Virus record (IMG/VR): IMGVR_UViG_3300048599_000897
Span: 17,477-81,476 of that record
Strand: one strand, 5' to 3'
DNA: 64,000 bases
From: a virus
The translations under genes were made by a program, and so were the position numbers. Positions 29,290-39,454 of the stretch are shown piece after piece; position 1 is the first letter of the stretch, and each line of letters begins with the position of its first letter. Below the pieces are notes generated by a model. The model was not told the DNA's origin and searched no databases. It saw nothing but the letters and a program-made list of their open reading frames with translations.

Positions 29290-29850
29290 ATGCCGGCCAC
29301 ACAAATCCATTCCATTCCTGGTCTGAAAAACCTGTTTAACGGGTGTTCCGATGAAGTGCGGGCGCATTTTGAACATCTCCCGTCGCTGCTGGACAACTAT
29401 CCGCTTGAGGTTGCTCTCGGTTATGTGTTTCACCGCCTGGAGCTGGGACAGAACATGGCGCTTTATTGCGGGGTAGTCAAACTCCACCGCGCCTGCTGCA
29501 AGGTTGCCAGCAACACCATCGATTCGCACCACATGACGCGAGAAGGGTTCGTTGAGCTGTACAAGACGGTGTTCGACCTCGATCTGCCAGCCGATGCCAC
29601 CCGAGAACTTCGCACTGCCGAAAAGACGCGCGATGCAGTAATGCACGGAGGGGACGCGTCCGAGGCTCGTCTTCGCAATGCCATTGGTCGAGTTCTCGAA
29701 TTCGCCGAGGCACTAAACGACGAATTACATAATCACCACCAGTGCAAGCCATTTTCTGGGTATTGGAGGGGTTTTGCTGGCCGACTCAAAAAACTCGACG
29801 CAAGAACGACACGGTACATGCTGAAAGGCATGGGCTTCAGCCTAGCTTGA
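29290..29850 (+). CDS. HEPN-motif protein (putative RNase)
   Basis: All-helical ~186 aa with R-x4-H motif RDAVMH (29629-29646) and upstream Glu (LELG). Confidence 0.65.
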   Translation: MPATQIHSIPGLKNLFNGCSDEVRAHFEHLPSLLDNYPLEVALGYVFHRLELGQNMALYCGVVKLHRACCKVASNTIDSHHMTREGFVELYKTVFDLDLPADATRELRTAEKTRDAVMHGGDASEARLRNAIGRVLEFAEALNDELHNHHQCKPFSGYWRGFAGRLKKLDARTTRYMLKGMGFSLA

Positions 29851-29860
29851 AGATGGAGGA

Positions 29861-30877
29861 ATGACTATGCCGGCCGACATTGGCGAAATGTTCTACACGG
29901 GCGAGACACCGTGGCACGGACTTGGCATTGCCCTGGCAAAGCCTGCCACGCTCGACGAAGCCATCAAAGTCGGCGGCTTGGACTGGCAGGTGGGTCAGGT
30001 GGACCTCATGACGGCCGATGATCCGCCCTCACCCGTCAGCAAGCGGCGGGCGATTGTGCGCCTGGACCGGCCCGCGGGGCACGAAGGGCGGGTGCTGGGC
30101 GTCGCCCATCTGGGTTTCCAGCCCGTGCAGAACCGGGACGGGGCGCTGCTCTTTGATGCGATCTTTGGCCACGGCAAGCCCGTGTATCACACTGGCGGTT
30201 ACCTGGGCAATGGTGAGGTGGTGTGGCTTCTGGCGAAGATTGACAAGCCGCTGGAGGTCGCCCCCGGCGACATCGTCCAACCGTATGCACTGTTTGCCAA
30301 CAGCCACGACGGCTCGATGGCGTTCAACATCCGCCTGACGACGGTGCGCGTGGTCTGTCGCAACACGCTGGCGCTATCCATGCGAGAGAAGCGGTTCGGC
30401 AAGCAGTTCCGCCGCGCCCACCAGGGAACGCTTCGCGAGCATGCGGAGGCCGCGCAGGAGTTTTTCGCCGCCACACTGAAGGAATTGGACTTTGTCGCTG
30501 GTGCCTTCACCGACTTGACCAAGCGGTCGTGTAGCGACGAGAAATACCTCCAGATCATCGAGGCGATCCTGCCCGAACCTGCGAAGCCCCGCAATGCCGA
30601 GCGTAGCCCCGGGTTACTGAAGGCGTGGGAAAACCGCGTGGCCGACGTGCGGGCCGCACGAAAGAAGATCGGCGAGTTGCGTGCCGGCGGCAAGGGGATG
30701 GACCTGGCCGGATCGCGCGGGACGTTCTGGGGCGTGCTTAACGCGGTGCTGGAGTTCATCGACCACCATCGGGTGATCAAGGGCTCGCGTCTGTCCTACG
30801 CCTTGATGGGCGATGGGATGGAGCTGAAGGTGCGAGCGTTCAACATGATTCGTGACGAGGCCGCGAAGGCCGCATAA
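29861..30877 (+). CDS. DUF932 family protein
   Basis: TPWHGLG...GGLDWQV, NSHDGS, VRVVCRNT, H..TFWGVLNAV signatures. Confidence 0.85.
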   Translation: MTMPADIGEMFYTGETPWHGLGIALAKPATLDEAIKVGGLDWQVGQVDLMTADDPPSPVSKRRAIVRLDRPAGHEGRVLGVAHLGFQPVQNRDGALLFDAIFGHGKPVYHTGGYLGNGEVVWLLAKIDKPLEVAPGDIVQPYALFANSHDGSMAFNIRLTTVRVVCRNTLALSMREKRFGKQFRRAHQGTLREHAEAAQEFFAATLKELDFVAGAFTDLTKRSCSDEKYLQIIEAILPEPAKPRNAERSPGLLKAWENRVADVRAARKKIGELRAGGKGMDLAGSRGTFWGVLNAVLEFIDHHRVIKGSRLSYALMGDGMELKVRAFNMIRDEAAKAA

Positions 30878-30940
30878 GAAGGGTCGCTGTTCTCCAGCCG
30901 TAATTGCGAAGATAATGGAAATCGCCAACAAGGAGCACCA

Positions 30941-32572
30941 ATGGGAACATCGCAGTATCTCTCCGGCCTGACAGAAGCACAACGAGCGGAATTGCAGGTG
31001 CGCCTGTACAAGCGCCAGGATCACCGCTGCTTCATCTGCGATGAGAAGATCGACCTGGTGCTTCACAAGGGGCAGCTGGACATCGACCATATCGATCCCA
31101 CCGCTAAGGATGGCCTCGATGCGGAGAATAACTTCGCTTTGACCCATTTGTCGTGCAATCGGAGCAAGGGGGCCTCCAATCTTGAAGTCGCCCGGCGGTT
31201 GGCCGAGTTCGAGCGATTACAGGAACGGGCGCAAAACGAGCGCCGCCGTGGTGCAAATCTTGGAGATGTCCTGCAATGCCACAACGGCGCAAAATCGATG
31301 CTGCGGCTGCGGCACGAAAATGGCGTGGCGCAATACGCGTTATCTCACGTGGGCGACAATGCCGTTCGCACCGCAATTATCTTCAAGGACAAGCTCAGTG
31401 GCATGGAGTCATTTTTTGCGATGATGCCGTTGGAGTATCTGCATCATGATGACCGGATCAATCCGCGAACCATCGGGTCCAATATTCGTGGATTGATCGA
31501 GGAGTTTCTGGAAAAGCGACCACAGCTTCATGTGGCATTGGCCTGGTGGGCTCCAGAGAGGGATGGTGCGGGACCGGTGAAGGTCTTTGACGGTCAGCAC
31601 AAGGCGGCGGCACAGATACTGCTGGGAGTGCGGGAGTTGCCAGTCCGTATCTTTGTCCAACCGGACACCAACGTGTTGCTGCAGGCAAATACCAATGCCG
31701 GAAGCACGCTGCGGCAGGTTGCATTCGACACCGCTGTCCTTCGTCATCTAGGAAGCTCGCTCTACGCGGAGAGAGTGGAGAAATATCGGAAAATGAGGGG
31801 GCTTTCGGAAACAGATTACACCTTTTCGGAATCCGATCTGGTCCGGTTCTTTCGCGGTGAACGTCGAGAAATGGAACGATATATCATTGACGCTCAGCGC
31901 GATTCAGTAGGCCACGACCCCAATAACAAACTTCTGGAGTTCGTTGAATGGGCTGGCAAAGGTGCCGACAGGCCTTTGTCGTACAATTCGGTGGAACGCG
32001 CCATCTTTAAGTGGTTTCTCTACAAAAAGGCCTTGGATACTCCCATTGGGTCAGGGATGGAAGAGGGCACAAACCCGCGTGTGTTGGAGCGCGAACAACT
32101 GGTCCGCGTCATGAGCCTTTTTGCGGAGATTTTCTTTGTTGGGCAATGGGACCCCGAGCTTGGCGGTCGCCAGCTGGAGGCTCGGCTCCTAAAGGGCGAC
32201 GTGATTCCGCCCGGTCATCTTCGGGCATGGCGCATCGCCAGAGAGGAAATACTGACGAACGTCATGAGGAGGTTGTTACTTGTCATCACTAACTACTTTG
32301 CATGGACAGGTAAAGTTATTCATGAAGATCGGGTGCTGCATACCCGGCTGCCGGATGAATTGTGGGAACGCATTCGGAATTTCCTTCAGTGTCTGGCGAA
32401 GCTGCCGTGTTGGATTGATAAGGGCCTTGGCACGAGTGTCTTTGGTCCCAAGCAGAATTTCGACTTCTGGGAGAAAGTATTCGAGACCGGCAAATCGCCG
32501 TCAGGGATTCAGATTTTGGCGAGCCCCCTAGACATCAACCAAATGATCCAGGGCCCTCATGCGCACAGATGA
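30941..32572 (+). CDS. HNH endonuclease fused to a DGQH (ParB/DndB/DUF262-like) domain
   Basis: CFICD...DIDHIDP...NNFALTHLSCNRSKG and VFDGQHK. Confidence 0.75.
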   Translation: MGTSQYLSGLTEAQRAELQVRLYKRQDHRCFICDEKIDLVLHKGQLDIDHIDPTAKDGLDAENNFALTHLSCNRSKGASNLEVARRLAEFERLQERAQNERRRGANLGDVLQCHNGAKSMLRLRHENGVAQYALSHVGDNAVRTAIIFKDKLSGMESFFAMMPLEYLHHDDRINPRTIGSNIRGLIEEFLEKRPQLHVALAWWAPERDGAGPVKVFDGQHKAAAQILLGVRELPVRIFVQPDTNVLLQANTNAGSTLRQVAFDTAVLRHLGSSLYAERVEKYRKMRGLSETDYTFSESDLVRFFRGERREMERYIIDAQRDSVGHDPNNKLLEFVEWAGKGADRPLSYNSVERAIFKWFLYKKALDTPIGSGMEEGTNPRVLEREQLVRVMSLFAEIFFVGQWDPELGGRQLEARLLKGDVIPPGHLRAWRIAREEILTNVMRRLLLVITNYFAWTGKVIHEDRVLHTRLPDELWERIRNFLQCLAKLPCWIDKGLGTSVFGPKQNFDFWEKVFETGKSPSGIQILASPLDINQMIQGPHAHR

Positions 32573-32605
32573 TACACGGCGTGACAAATTCAAGGAGTTG
32601 ATGAA

Positions 32606-33151
32606 ATGAATCTTCCTCGTAGTGGTTCGATCCGTCGGGCGCTCAAAGGAACAATCCGTGAGATCAAAGCCGCGCGGAAAGAGCTCAATGGCCGAATTTC
32701 CAAGTTGATGGCCCACGGCGAATATGAGAAGGCCCAGGCGATGATTGCCCAGGCCAAACAGACCCAAAGTTTCGAGGATGAAGTGCAAACTTTACGGAAA
32801 CGGCTTTCGGCTCTGAATGGCGGAGTCGGTGATTCTAAACCTGCCCCATCGGAAAGCCGTGCGGATTGGGAGTACTACCAGCCGATCTTGAAATGCCTGG
32901 CTGATTTTCCTGGCGAGGTGACGCGTCCACAAATTGAAAGGTCGTTCTCGGAACGATTTGATTCCTGGTTACTTCCAGGGGATCGCGAGGCGATGAGCGG
33001 CGGGACGCGATGGCAAGTAATGATCAAGCGATCAAAAAAACACATGCTATCAGAGGGATGGATCGAAGCACGAAACAAGCTATCGTGGAATATCACGCCC
33101 GCCGGAAGAAAAGTCGCCCAGCAAGACCAACCGACCACACAAACGAAATGA
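32606..33151 (+). CDS. Coiled coil plus Mrr_N-like winged-helix protein
   Basis: PILKCLAD...RW...LSEGWI...W.ITPAGR, the Mrr N-terminal wHTH pattern; no catalytic domain. Confidence 0.65.
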   Translation: MNLPRSGSIRRALKGTIREIKAARKELNGRISKLMAHGEYEKAQAMIAQAKQTQSFEDEVQTLRKRLSALNGGVGDSKPAPSESRADWEYYQPILKCLADFPGEVTRPQIERSFSERFDSWLLPGDREAMSGGTRWQVMIKRSKKHMLSEGWIEARNKLSWNITPAGRKVAQQDQPTTQTK

Positions 33152-33157
33152 GCAACT

Positions 33158-36100
33158 ATGGCCATTAATCCTATCACTTACACTGAAAAAGTTGTGCGCA
33201 GCTTTCTGCGATATCAGTTGACGGCATATCCGTTTACCGATCCTCGGCTGCATAGCCAGATGCGTGACCTCCTGAACATGGACTCGGCGCGGCACACGCC
33301 GCTGTTGCAGGGGCCGTATATCAGTCTTTCTCGGAGTTTCAAGCAAGGTGCATCCATTGCCGACCTTGTGAGCGCCGGCATTTTCCACGGTCACATGAAG
33401 GCGATCATCGGCGAGCGGGTATCGCACCTCTATGGGCATCAGGAGAACGCGATCCGCGCCGTGGTCAGTGGGAAGACAACGCTGGTCTCGACGGGGACGG
33501 GCTCAGGTAAGACCGAGTGCTTCTTGTACCCGATTATCAGCAAATGCCTGCAGATTCGGGACGCCGGTGAACCGGCTGGAATCTCGGCGGTGATCGTCTA
33601 CCCGATGAACGCGCTGGCGGAGGACCAACTCGACCGTTTGCGGGGGCTACTGGCCGGCAGCGGGATCACGTTCGGCATGTATGTCGGCAAGACGCCGGAG
33701 TATGAGCGCGAAGTGTCGGGACACAGATTGCAACCAGGCTCAACGCGAGCCGACTACGAGGCGGTTTTAAAGAAATATCGGGAACAGGGCCGCCCCGATG
33801 CCGTGCATCCCACTGAAGAGGTCTGCTCGCGTGAGAAGATGCGCACGCCCGGCAGCCAGCCAAGGATTCTGCTGACCAACGTGAAACAGCTTGAACTGCT
33901 GCTGACACGGCAGATGGACGTGGAGCTGTTTGAGAAGGCCCGGCTGGACTACTTGGTGTTCGACGAGGCACACACGTTTACCGGGATCAATGGGGCGGAA
34001 ACAGCGTGCCTGATCCGCCGCCTTCGCAAGTATTGTGGCAAGACCGCGAAGCAGACAACCTGCGTGGCGACTTCGGCGACGATTGTGGATGTGTCCGATC
34101 CGGATGCGGGACGGAAATTTGCCTCCCGGTTCTTCGGGACACCAGCGGAAGACGTCGTGTGCGTCCACGAGGAATATGAATCAGAGACCTTTAAGCCCAA
34201 GGGGGGCGTGCCCAACGCTCCGAGTAATCCGGGAGAATTGCTTAAGCGCACACTTGCGGCGGTGGACGCGGAGAGCCCGGAGCCTGAAATCCGCGATATC
34301 TATGCCAAGTTGTGCGGGGTCAAATTACCCGTTGGGGACTGGCAAATCGCACTGCATGATGCCCTTTTGGAAAATGTCATTGCATCGAGAATCCGCGTTG
34401 GTCTCCAAGGAGTCCGGCGGATGGAGCTGTTGATGGATGAACTGGAACATTCAGTCAAGCGGGCGGTTTCTGAAGAAGAACTCTTGACCTATCTGGCGCT
34501 GGGGGCAACGGCGTTTCGTGATGGGCGTCCTATCTTCCGGCCCGTCGTGCATGCCTTTGTTCGTGGTATTCCCGGTGCCGTCGTGACCTTCCCGCTGGAT
34601 GCTGACATTAAGCTATGGCTTAGCAGCGAGGATGAGATCGCGAGGTGTGGCGACAAGGGAACATGGCGCGTGCCGGCACACACATGCACTACCTGCGGCC
34701 AACACTACTTCGTCACCTGGCTCAAAGACTTTAAATTCATAGGCAAGGAACCCGAAGGCGGGCAACTGGACGATGATGGCCACGTGTGGTGGGAGGCGAT
34801 GGCTCAAACGAACGGTGGCAAGCGGGTGGTGCTGGTGGATCGGGTTATCTGCCAGGAAGAGGACGAAGATCTTGAGGACCATGAACGCCTCACGCCGCTG
34901 TTCTTCTGTCGCCATTGCGGGGCTGCGTTCTCCCATGAGACGACCAAGTGCCGGGGTTGCGGCAGCATGGAGAAGCCGGTGCGGTTGTACGCGGCACGTA
35001 GCTCTAAGGATCATCCTGGATACCTGAGCAGTTGCCTGTCATGCACGTCCAAGGGCAGACCTATGGGGCGGCGCTACCGTGAGCCGATGCGCCCAGTGCG
35101 TGCGGTGAACGTAGCAGATGTGCATGTTCTGGCGCAGGACATGGTGCATCATGCCGAGCGCAAGCGGCTGTTGCTCTTTGCTGACAATCGGCAGGACGCC
35201 GCTTTCCAGGCGGGGTGGATGAAGGACCACGCTCGCCGCTTCCGCTTACGACGGTTGATGGCCGATTCGATGAAGGGCGGTCCAGTCTCAATTGGCGATA
35301 TGGTTAACAAGATTGATATTGAACTTGATGCCAATGATGCGCTGTCGCGGGCATTAATTCCGGAGGTCTGGCGCGTCGTGCCAAAGGAAGGAACCGGAGG
35401 CACGCATGCTGACGAGCGGCGGCACTACCTTCGTATTCAGGTTTTGCGGGAAATCGCCACGCCGGCCAATGAACAGCGTGGCCTAGAACCGTGGGGCCGT
35501 CTCCGCGTGACGTATATCGGACTGGAAGTCGGAGCCCAGTTCATTCAGAAGTGGGCTAACAAGCTTGGCTTACCTCCGGAAGACTTGAAGGGCGGCATCG
35601 AAACCCTTCTGGACCAACTGCGCCGCCAGCGCATGTTGCACGACCCGCACCGCGAGATTTTCGGCCGCTGGTGGAATGAGGGCGACCGCGAGATTCAGCG
35701 TGGTTATTTGCCCGTTCTGCCCGGTGGGCCGCAGGGGATGAAGTTGCGGATCGACACTGGCGACAATCGAGACCGCGTGCGCCCGTGGTTAGGAGATCGA
35801 AACACAATCGTACGGCAAATTGCTCGTAAGTGGGGAGTGGCCGATGCGGAAATCCCGCACTTCTTGGAGGCTTTGTGGGATTACCTGCGCGCCGATTCGC
35901 TTGGCATCCTGTCGCCAGTTACGCTCAAGAGTAATAAGGACAGACCGCTGCCGGCATGTAGCGGTGTTTACCAGATTGAGTCGTCGTGCCTTCAGTTGAG
36001 TGAAAACCACGGTTATCACCGATGTAAGAAGTGCCGGCGCAAGGTGTCCCGTCGGGCACCCCATAATCGATGCTTAGCGTGGCAGTGCGATGGCGAGATG

Positions 36101-38605
36101 GAATTTGTCAAAGAGGACCCGGATAACTATGACCTCCAGTTGCTCGATCAGGGATACTCGATGCTGCGGCCCGAGGAACACACCGCGATGGTGCCCCAGG
36201 ACCAGCGGGAGCGTGTCGAGAACTACTTCAAAGGCTCCGGTGATGCGGTAAACACGCTGGTCTGCACTCCCACGCTCGAACTTGGCGTGGATATCGGGTC
36301 GCTCGATTCAGTGTTGATGAGAAATGTTCCGCCATTGCCGGCGAACTACTGGCAGCGGGCAGGCCGCGCTGGTCGCCGGCATCGGATGGCAGTGAACCTA
36401 TGCTATTGCCGGCCCGTGTCACACGACCGTGCATATTATGGCGAACCACTGAAGATGCTGCAGGGTAAGGTCGATCCGCCGGCGTTCAATCTGCGGAACG
36501 ACCTAATGGTCGCCAAACACGTCCACGCAACGGTCTTCACACGCCTGTTCCAACTTACCCGTGGAGGATCGGGGCTACTCGATGCAGACCGCGAGAAGAT
36601 TCAGGCAACGCTCACCGAGATGTTACCCAGAAGGATTTCCTCCTACCTTTTTGAATCGACCGGTCATGTCCGCAGCGGACCGTTCGACGTGTCACCGCTG
36701 GCGCAGCTCATCCAGGCCTATCGTGCGGACCTTCTGCAATACCTGGTCGGTGCTTTCCAGCAGGGATGGCCCGCCGCCGACCAGGCAGCGACGTCCACCT
36801 CGGCATTGGAGCAACACCTCGATGCGATGCCTGGCCAGATGGCTGCAGTACTCAAGCGACTGCGGAAGCGGTTGCAATGGGCGCATGCCGAGATCACTCG
36901 GCTCAACGAGATCCGCGCGAAATTTGGCACGCTCGAAAGCGAAGATGATGCGCACTACAAGCGCTGCGACCGACTGATCAAGAAACTCAAGGGATTTCAG
37001 ACCCGCAAGCGTGCCGAAGCCGAGGGTATAGACGACATCAATACGTACGGGGTCTTGGCGGTAGAAGGCTTTCTCCCCGGCTATGGGTTGGATACGGGGT
37101 CCGTTACCGGCATGGCAGAAGTTCCATATTGGCAACTTGGCAGTATGGACTTTGAATTGCCGCGTCCCACCAGCATGGCAGTTCGGGAATACGTGCCAGG
37201 AAACCTGATTTATGCTAATGGGCACCGCTTCGTCGCCCGCCGATTTCATCGTGAGGCTGAAGAAGAGCGATCCGAAATGCCGGTCTTTGAGGTCAATGTG
37301 GACCGCGAAGCAGTGTCGGAGACCAGCATCGCGGCAGCTCCGGGGGTAATTGCGTCAGCAACCTTGCGAACCATCTCCGTCTGTGATGTGGACTTGGTTC
37401 ACATATCCCAGATCTCCGATGAGGAAGAAACGCGATTCCAGATGCCGGTCTCCGTGTACGGCCGCGAAAAAGGACGGCACAACGGCGGTGTTGCGCTCAA
37501 ATGGGGAACACGTAAGCTCCTGCATCGGCGGGGAGTCCATCTTCGGCTGGTGAATGTTGGTTCCACACCGGTGATCGAACAGAATCTGGAACTCGGTTAT
37601 CCGATCTGCGCCGTTTGCGGCCAGAGCGTGTCGCCACTTTCCTCCACGGCCCAAATCGACAGCTTCAGCAAGCAGCACGAGGAGCGTTGCGGGCGAAAAC
37701 CAGAGCGACTCGGGTTTTTCGCCGATGTTGTGGCCGATTGCCTGGTGATGCCGGATTGCCCAAGCCGTGAGGAAGCCTATAGCGTGATGGAAACCATCCG
37801 CATGGGTGCCACACAGGTACTGGACATGCACTTGGACGACCTCCAGGTACTCGTGATCGGCCACGTTGACCGAGACGAAGTTGACGCCGTCCTGTGGGAC
37901 CCGATGCCCGGTGGATCGGGGTTGTTGGATCAGATTCGCGAGCACATGGCCGAGGTTGTCGCTGCAGCCATTGCGCTCGCAAAGGGTTGTCCCAGCGCTT
38001 GCGAGAAGGCTTGTGTGGATTGCCTGCAGACCTTCCGCAACGCTTACTACCACCGGCACCTCAATCGTCACACGGCCGCCGCCACACTAGGCGACTGCGG
38101 TGTGACCGTGACGGAGCTACACCCAATTCCGCCCCAACAGCCGACGACGCAGAACCACAACCCGTCGGCCATGCCCGTCAACGACGCGGAGACTAAACTG
38201 AAACACCTGATTGAAGCGGCTGGGTTCACAACCGGCCAGTTCCAGCAGCAGATTCGATTTAAGCAGTCTATCAGCCTGGGGCACCAAATCGGGAGCACCA
38301 CCCCCGATGTTTCTTTTGCGGGCGATGAGGATGACCCTGACGATCACGGCGTTTGCATCTACCTAGACGGAATGAGCGCTGGCCTGCATGGAAACCCGGT
38401 AACTGCGGCCAAGGACCAGGAGATCCGATCCTGGCTGAGATCGCATGGTTACGAGGTGATCGAAATCACGGCGGTCGAACTAGACGACCAGCAGGCGATG
38501 GTCAGACACTTCAGGAAACTGGCGAAGTACCTGGCGGGCAAAGAACTTGCAGACAAAGTGGTTACCGATACGACATGGTTTACGAAATCCGCACCGGCTG
38601 AATAG
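33158..38605 (+). CDS. YprA/Hrq-type DEAH helicase + DUF1998 + C-terminal Vsr/DUF559-like nuclease
   Basis: TGTGSGKTECF, YPMNALAEDQ, DEAH, TLELGVDIG, QRAGRAGR, WDPMPGGSG...C..AC..CL, TTPD...YLDG...KDQEIR..L...GYEVIEI; several CxxC pairs. Confidence 0.88.
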   Translation: MAINPITYTEKVVRSFLRYQLTAYPFTDPRLHSQMRDLLNMDSARHTPLLQGPYISLSRSFKQGASIADLVSAGIFHGHMKAIIGERVSHLYGHQENAIRAVVSGKTTLVSTGTGSGKTECFLYPIISKCLQIRDAGEPAGISAVIVYPMNALAEDQLDRLRGLLAGSGITFGMYVGKTPEYEREVSGHRLQPGSTRADYEAVLKKYREQGRPDAVHPTEEVCSREKMRTPGSQPRILLTNVKQLELLLTRQMDVELFEKARLDYLVFDEAHTFTGINGAETACLIRRLRKYCGKTAKQTTCVATSATIVDVSDPDAGRKFASRFFGTPAEDVVCVHEEYESETFKPKGGVPNAPSNPGELLKRTLAAVDAESPEPEIRDIYAKLCGVKLPVGDWQIALHDALLENVIASRIRVGLQGVRRMELLMDELEHSVKRAVSEEELLTYLALGATAFRDGRPIFRPVVHAFVRGIPGAVVTFPLDADIKLWLSSEDEIARCGDKGTWRVPAHTCTTCGQHYFVTWLKDFKFIGKEPEGGQLDDDGHVWWEAMAQTNGGKRVVLVDRVICQEEDEDLEDHERLTPLFFCRHCGAAFSHETTKCRGCGSMEKPVRLYAARSSKDHPGYLSSCLSCTSKGRPMGRRYREPMRPVRAVNVADVHVLAQDMVHHAERKRLLLFADNRQDAAFQAGWMKDHARRFRLRRLMADSMKGGPVSIGDMVNKIDIELDANDALSRALIPEVWRVVPKEGTGGTHADERRHYLRIQVLREIATPANEQRGLEPWGRLRVTYIGLEVGAQFIQKWANKLGLPPEDLKGGIETLLDQLRRQRMLHDPHREIFGRWWNEGDREIQRGYLPVLPGGPQGMKLRIDTGDNRDRVRPWLGDRNTIVRQIARKWGVADAEIPHFLEALWDYLRADSLGILSPVTLKSNKDRPLPACSGVYQIESSCLQLSENHGYHRCKKCRRKVSRRAPHNRCLAWQCDGEMEFVKEDPDNYDLQLLDQGYSMLRPEEHTAMVPQDQRERVENYFKGSGDAVNTLVCTPTLELGVDIGSLDSVLMRNVPPLPANYWQRAGRAGRRHRMAVNLCYCRPVSHDRAYYGEPLKMLQGKVDPPAFNLRNDLMVAKHVHATVFTRLFQLTRGGSGLLDADREKIQATLTEMLPRRISSYLFESTGHVRSGPFDVSPLAQLIQAYRADLLQYLVGAFQQGWPAADQAATSTSALEQHLDAMPGQMAAVLKRLRKRLQWAHAEITRLNEIRAKFGTLESEDDAHYKRCDRLIKKLKGFQTRKRAEAEGIDDINTYGVLAVEGFLPGYGLDTGSVTGMAEVPYWQLGSMDFELPRPTSMAVREYVPGNLIYANGHRFVARRFHREAEEERSEMPVFEVNVDREAVSETSIAAAPGVIASATLRTISVCDVDLVHISQISDEEETRFQMPVSVYGREKGRHNGGVALKWGTRKLLHRRGVHLRLVNVGSTPVIEQNLELGYPICAVCGQSVSPLSSTAQIDSFSKQHEERCGRKPERLGFFADVVADCLVMPDCPSREEAYSVMETIRMGATQVLDMHLDDLQVLVIGHVDRDEVDAVLWDPMPGGSGLLDQIREHMAEVVAAAIALAKGCPSACEKACVDCLQTFRNAYYHRHLNRHTAAATLGDCGVTVTELHPIPPQQPTTQNHNPSAMPVNDAETKLKHLIEAAGFTTGQFQQQIRFKQSISLGHQIGSTTPDVSFAGDEDDPDDHGVCIYLDGMSAGLHGNPVTAAKDQEIRSWLRSHGYEVIEITAVELDDQQAMVRHFRKLAKYLAGKELADKVVTDTTWFTKSAPAE

Positions 38606-38617
38606 GAGGAGTGACAA

Positions 38618-39454
38618 ATGGGCGACACAAAACTCGACCAAGTTGGGATTTGGACAGAGCTCAAGCTGCAGATTCTGCGGGACTATTCTGCCGCCTATGC
38701 GGCGATCTTGAAGAAACAGTCCGCAATCCGCCACTACGCCTACATTGATGGCTTCGCGGGAGCCGGAACTCATATTTCCAAGACGACGGGTGAGGAGATT
38801 GAGGGAAGCCCGACGATCGCGCTGGGGCAGCAGTTCACGCACTATCACTTCGTCGACCTCGACGGCACTCGGGCGGCGCGCCTAATTCAGCTCGCAAATG
38901 GCAAGACCAACGTCACCGTGCATCAAGGGGATTGCAACGATGTGCTGCTTAATAAGGTCTTTCCAACGTGTCGATACGAAGACTACCGACGTGCGCTCTG
39001 CCTGCTGGACCCTTATGGCCTCAATCCGAACTGGGAGGTCGTTCATCGCGCCGGGCAGATGAAGAGCATCGAGATCTTCCTGAATTTCATGATCATGGAC
39101 GCGAACATGAATGTCCTGTGGGAGAACCCAGACCGGGTTCCCGAGACGCAGGTTGCTCGCATGAACGCCTTTTGGGGCGATGACTCCTGGCGTGGTGCTG
39201 CGTACAAAACGAATCAGGGTCTGTTCGGAGCGATCCAGGAGAAGGGATCAAACGATGATGTCGTGAATGCGTACAGGAAACGATTGAAGGACGTCGCCGG
39301 CTTCAATTTCGTACCTGCACCGTTGCCAATGAGAAACAGCCAAGGTGCCATCGTCTACTACCTCTTCTTCGCATCCCACAATCAGACGGGGGATAAGATT
39401 GCCCAGGCGGTCTTCAACAAGTACCGAAACGGAGGACTCGCCCATGGCCAGTAA
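38618..39454 (+). CDS. tcmP: Three-Cys-motif partner protein (SAM-methyltransferase-like fold)
   Basis: WTELKLQIL, YIDGFAGAG, GSP, LLDPYG, YYLFFAS. Confidence 0.85.
   Translation: MGDTKLDQVGIWTELKLQILRDYSAAYAAILKKQSAIRHYAYIDGFAGAGTHISKTTGEEIEGSPTIALGQQFTHYHFVDLDGTRAARLIQLANGKTNVTVHQGDCNDVLLNKVFPTCRYEDYRRALCLLDPYGLNPNWEVVHRAGQMKSIEIFLNFMIMDANMNVLWENPDRVPETQVARMNAFWGDDSWRGAAYKTNQGLFGAIQEKGSNDDVVNAYRKRLKDVAGFNFVPAPLPMRNSQGAIVYYLFFASHNQTGDKIAQAVFNKYRNGGLAHGQ

Noticed and set aside
21017-38605. Canonical class 1 DISARM call
   Set aside because: No separate DrmA/DrmB and no HKD phospholipase (DrmC) found; kept as DISARM-like only
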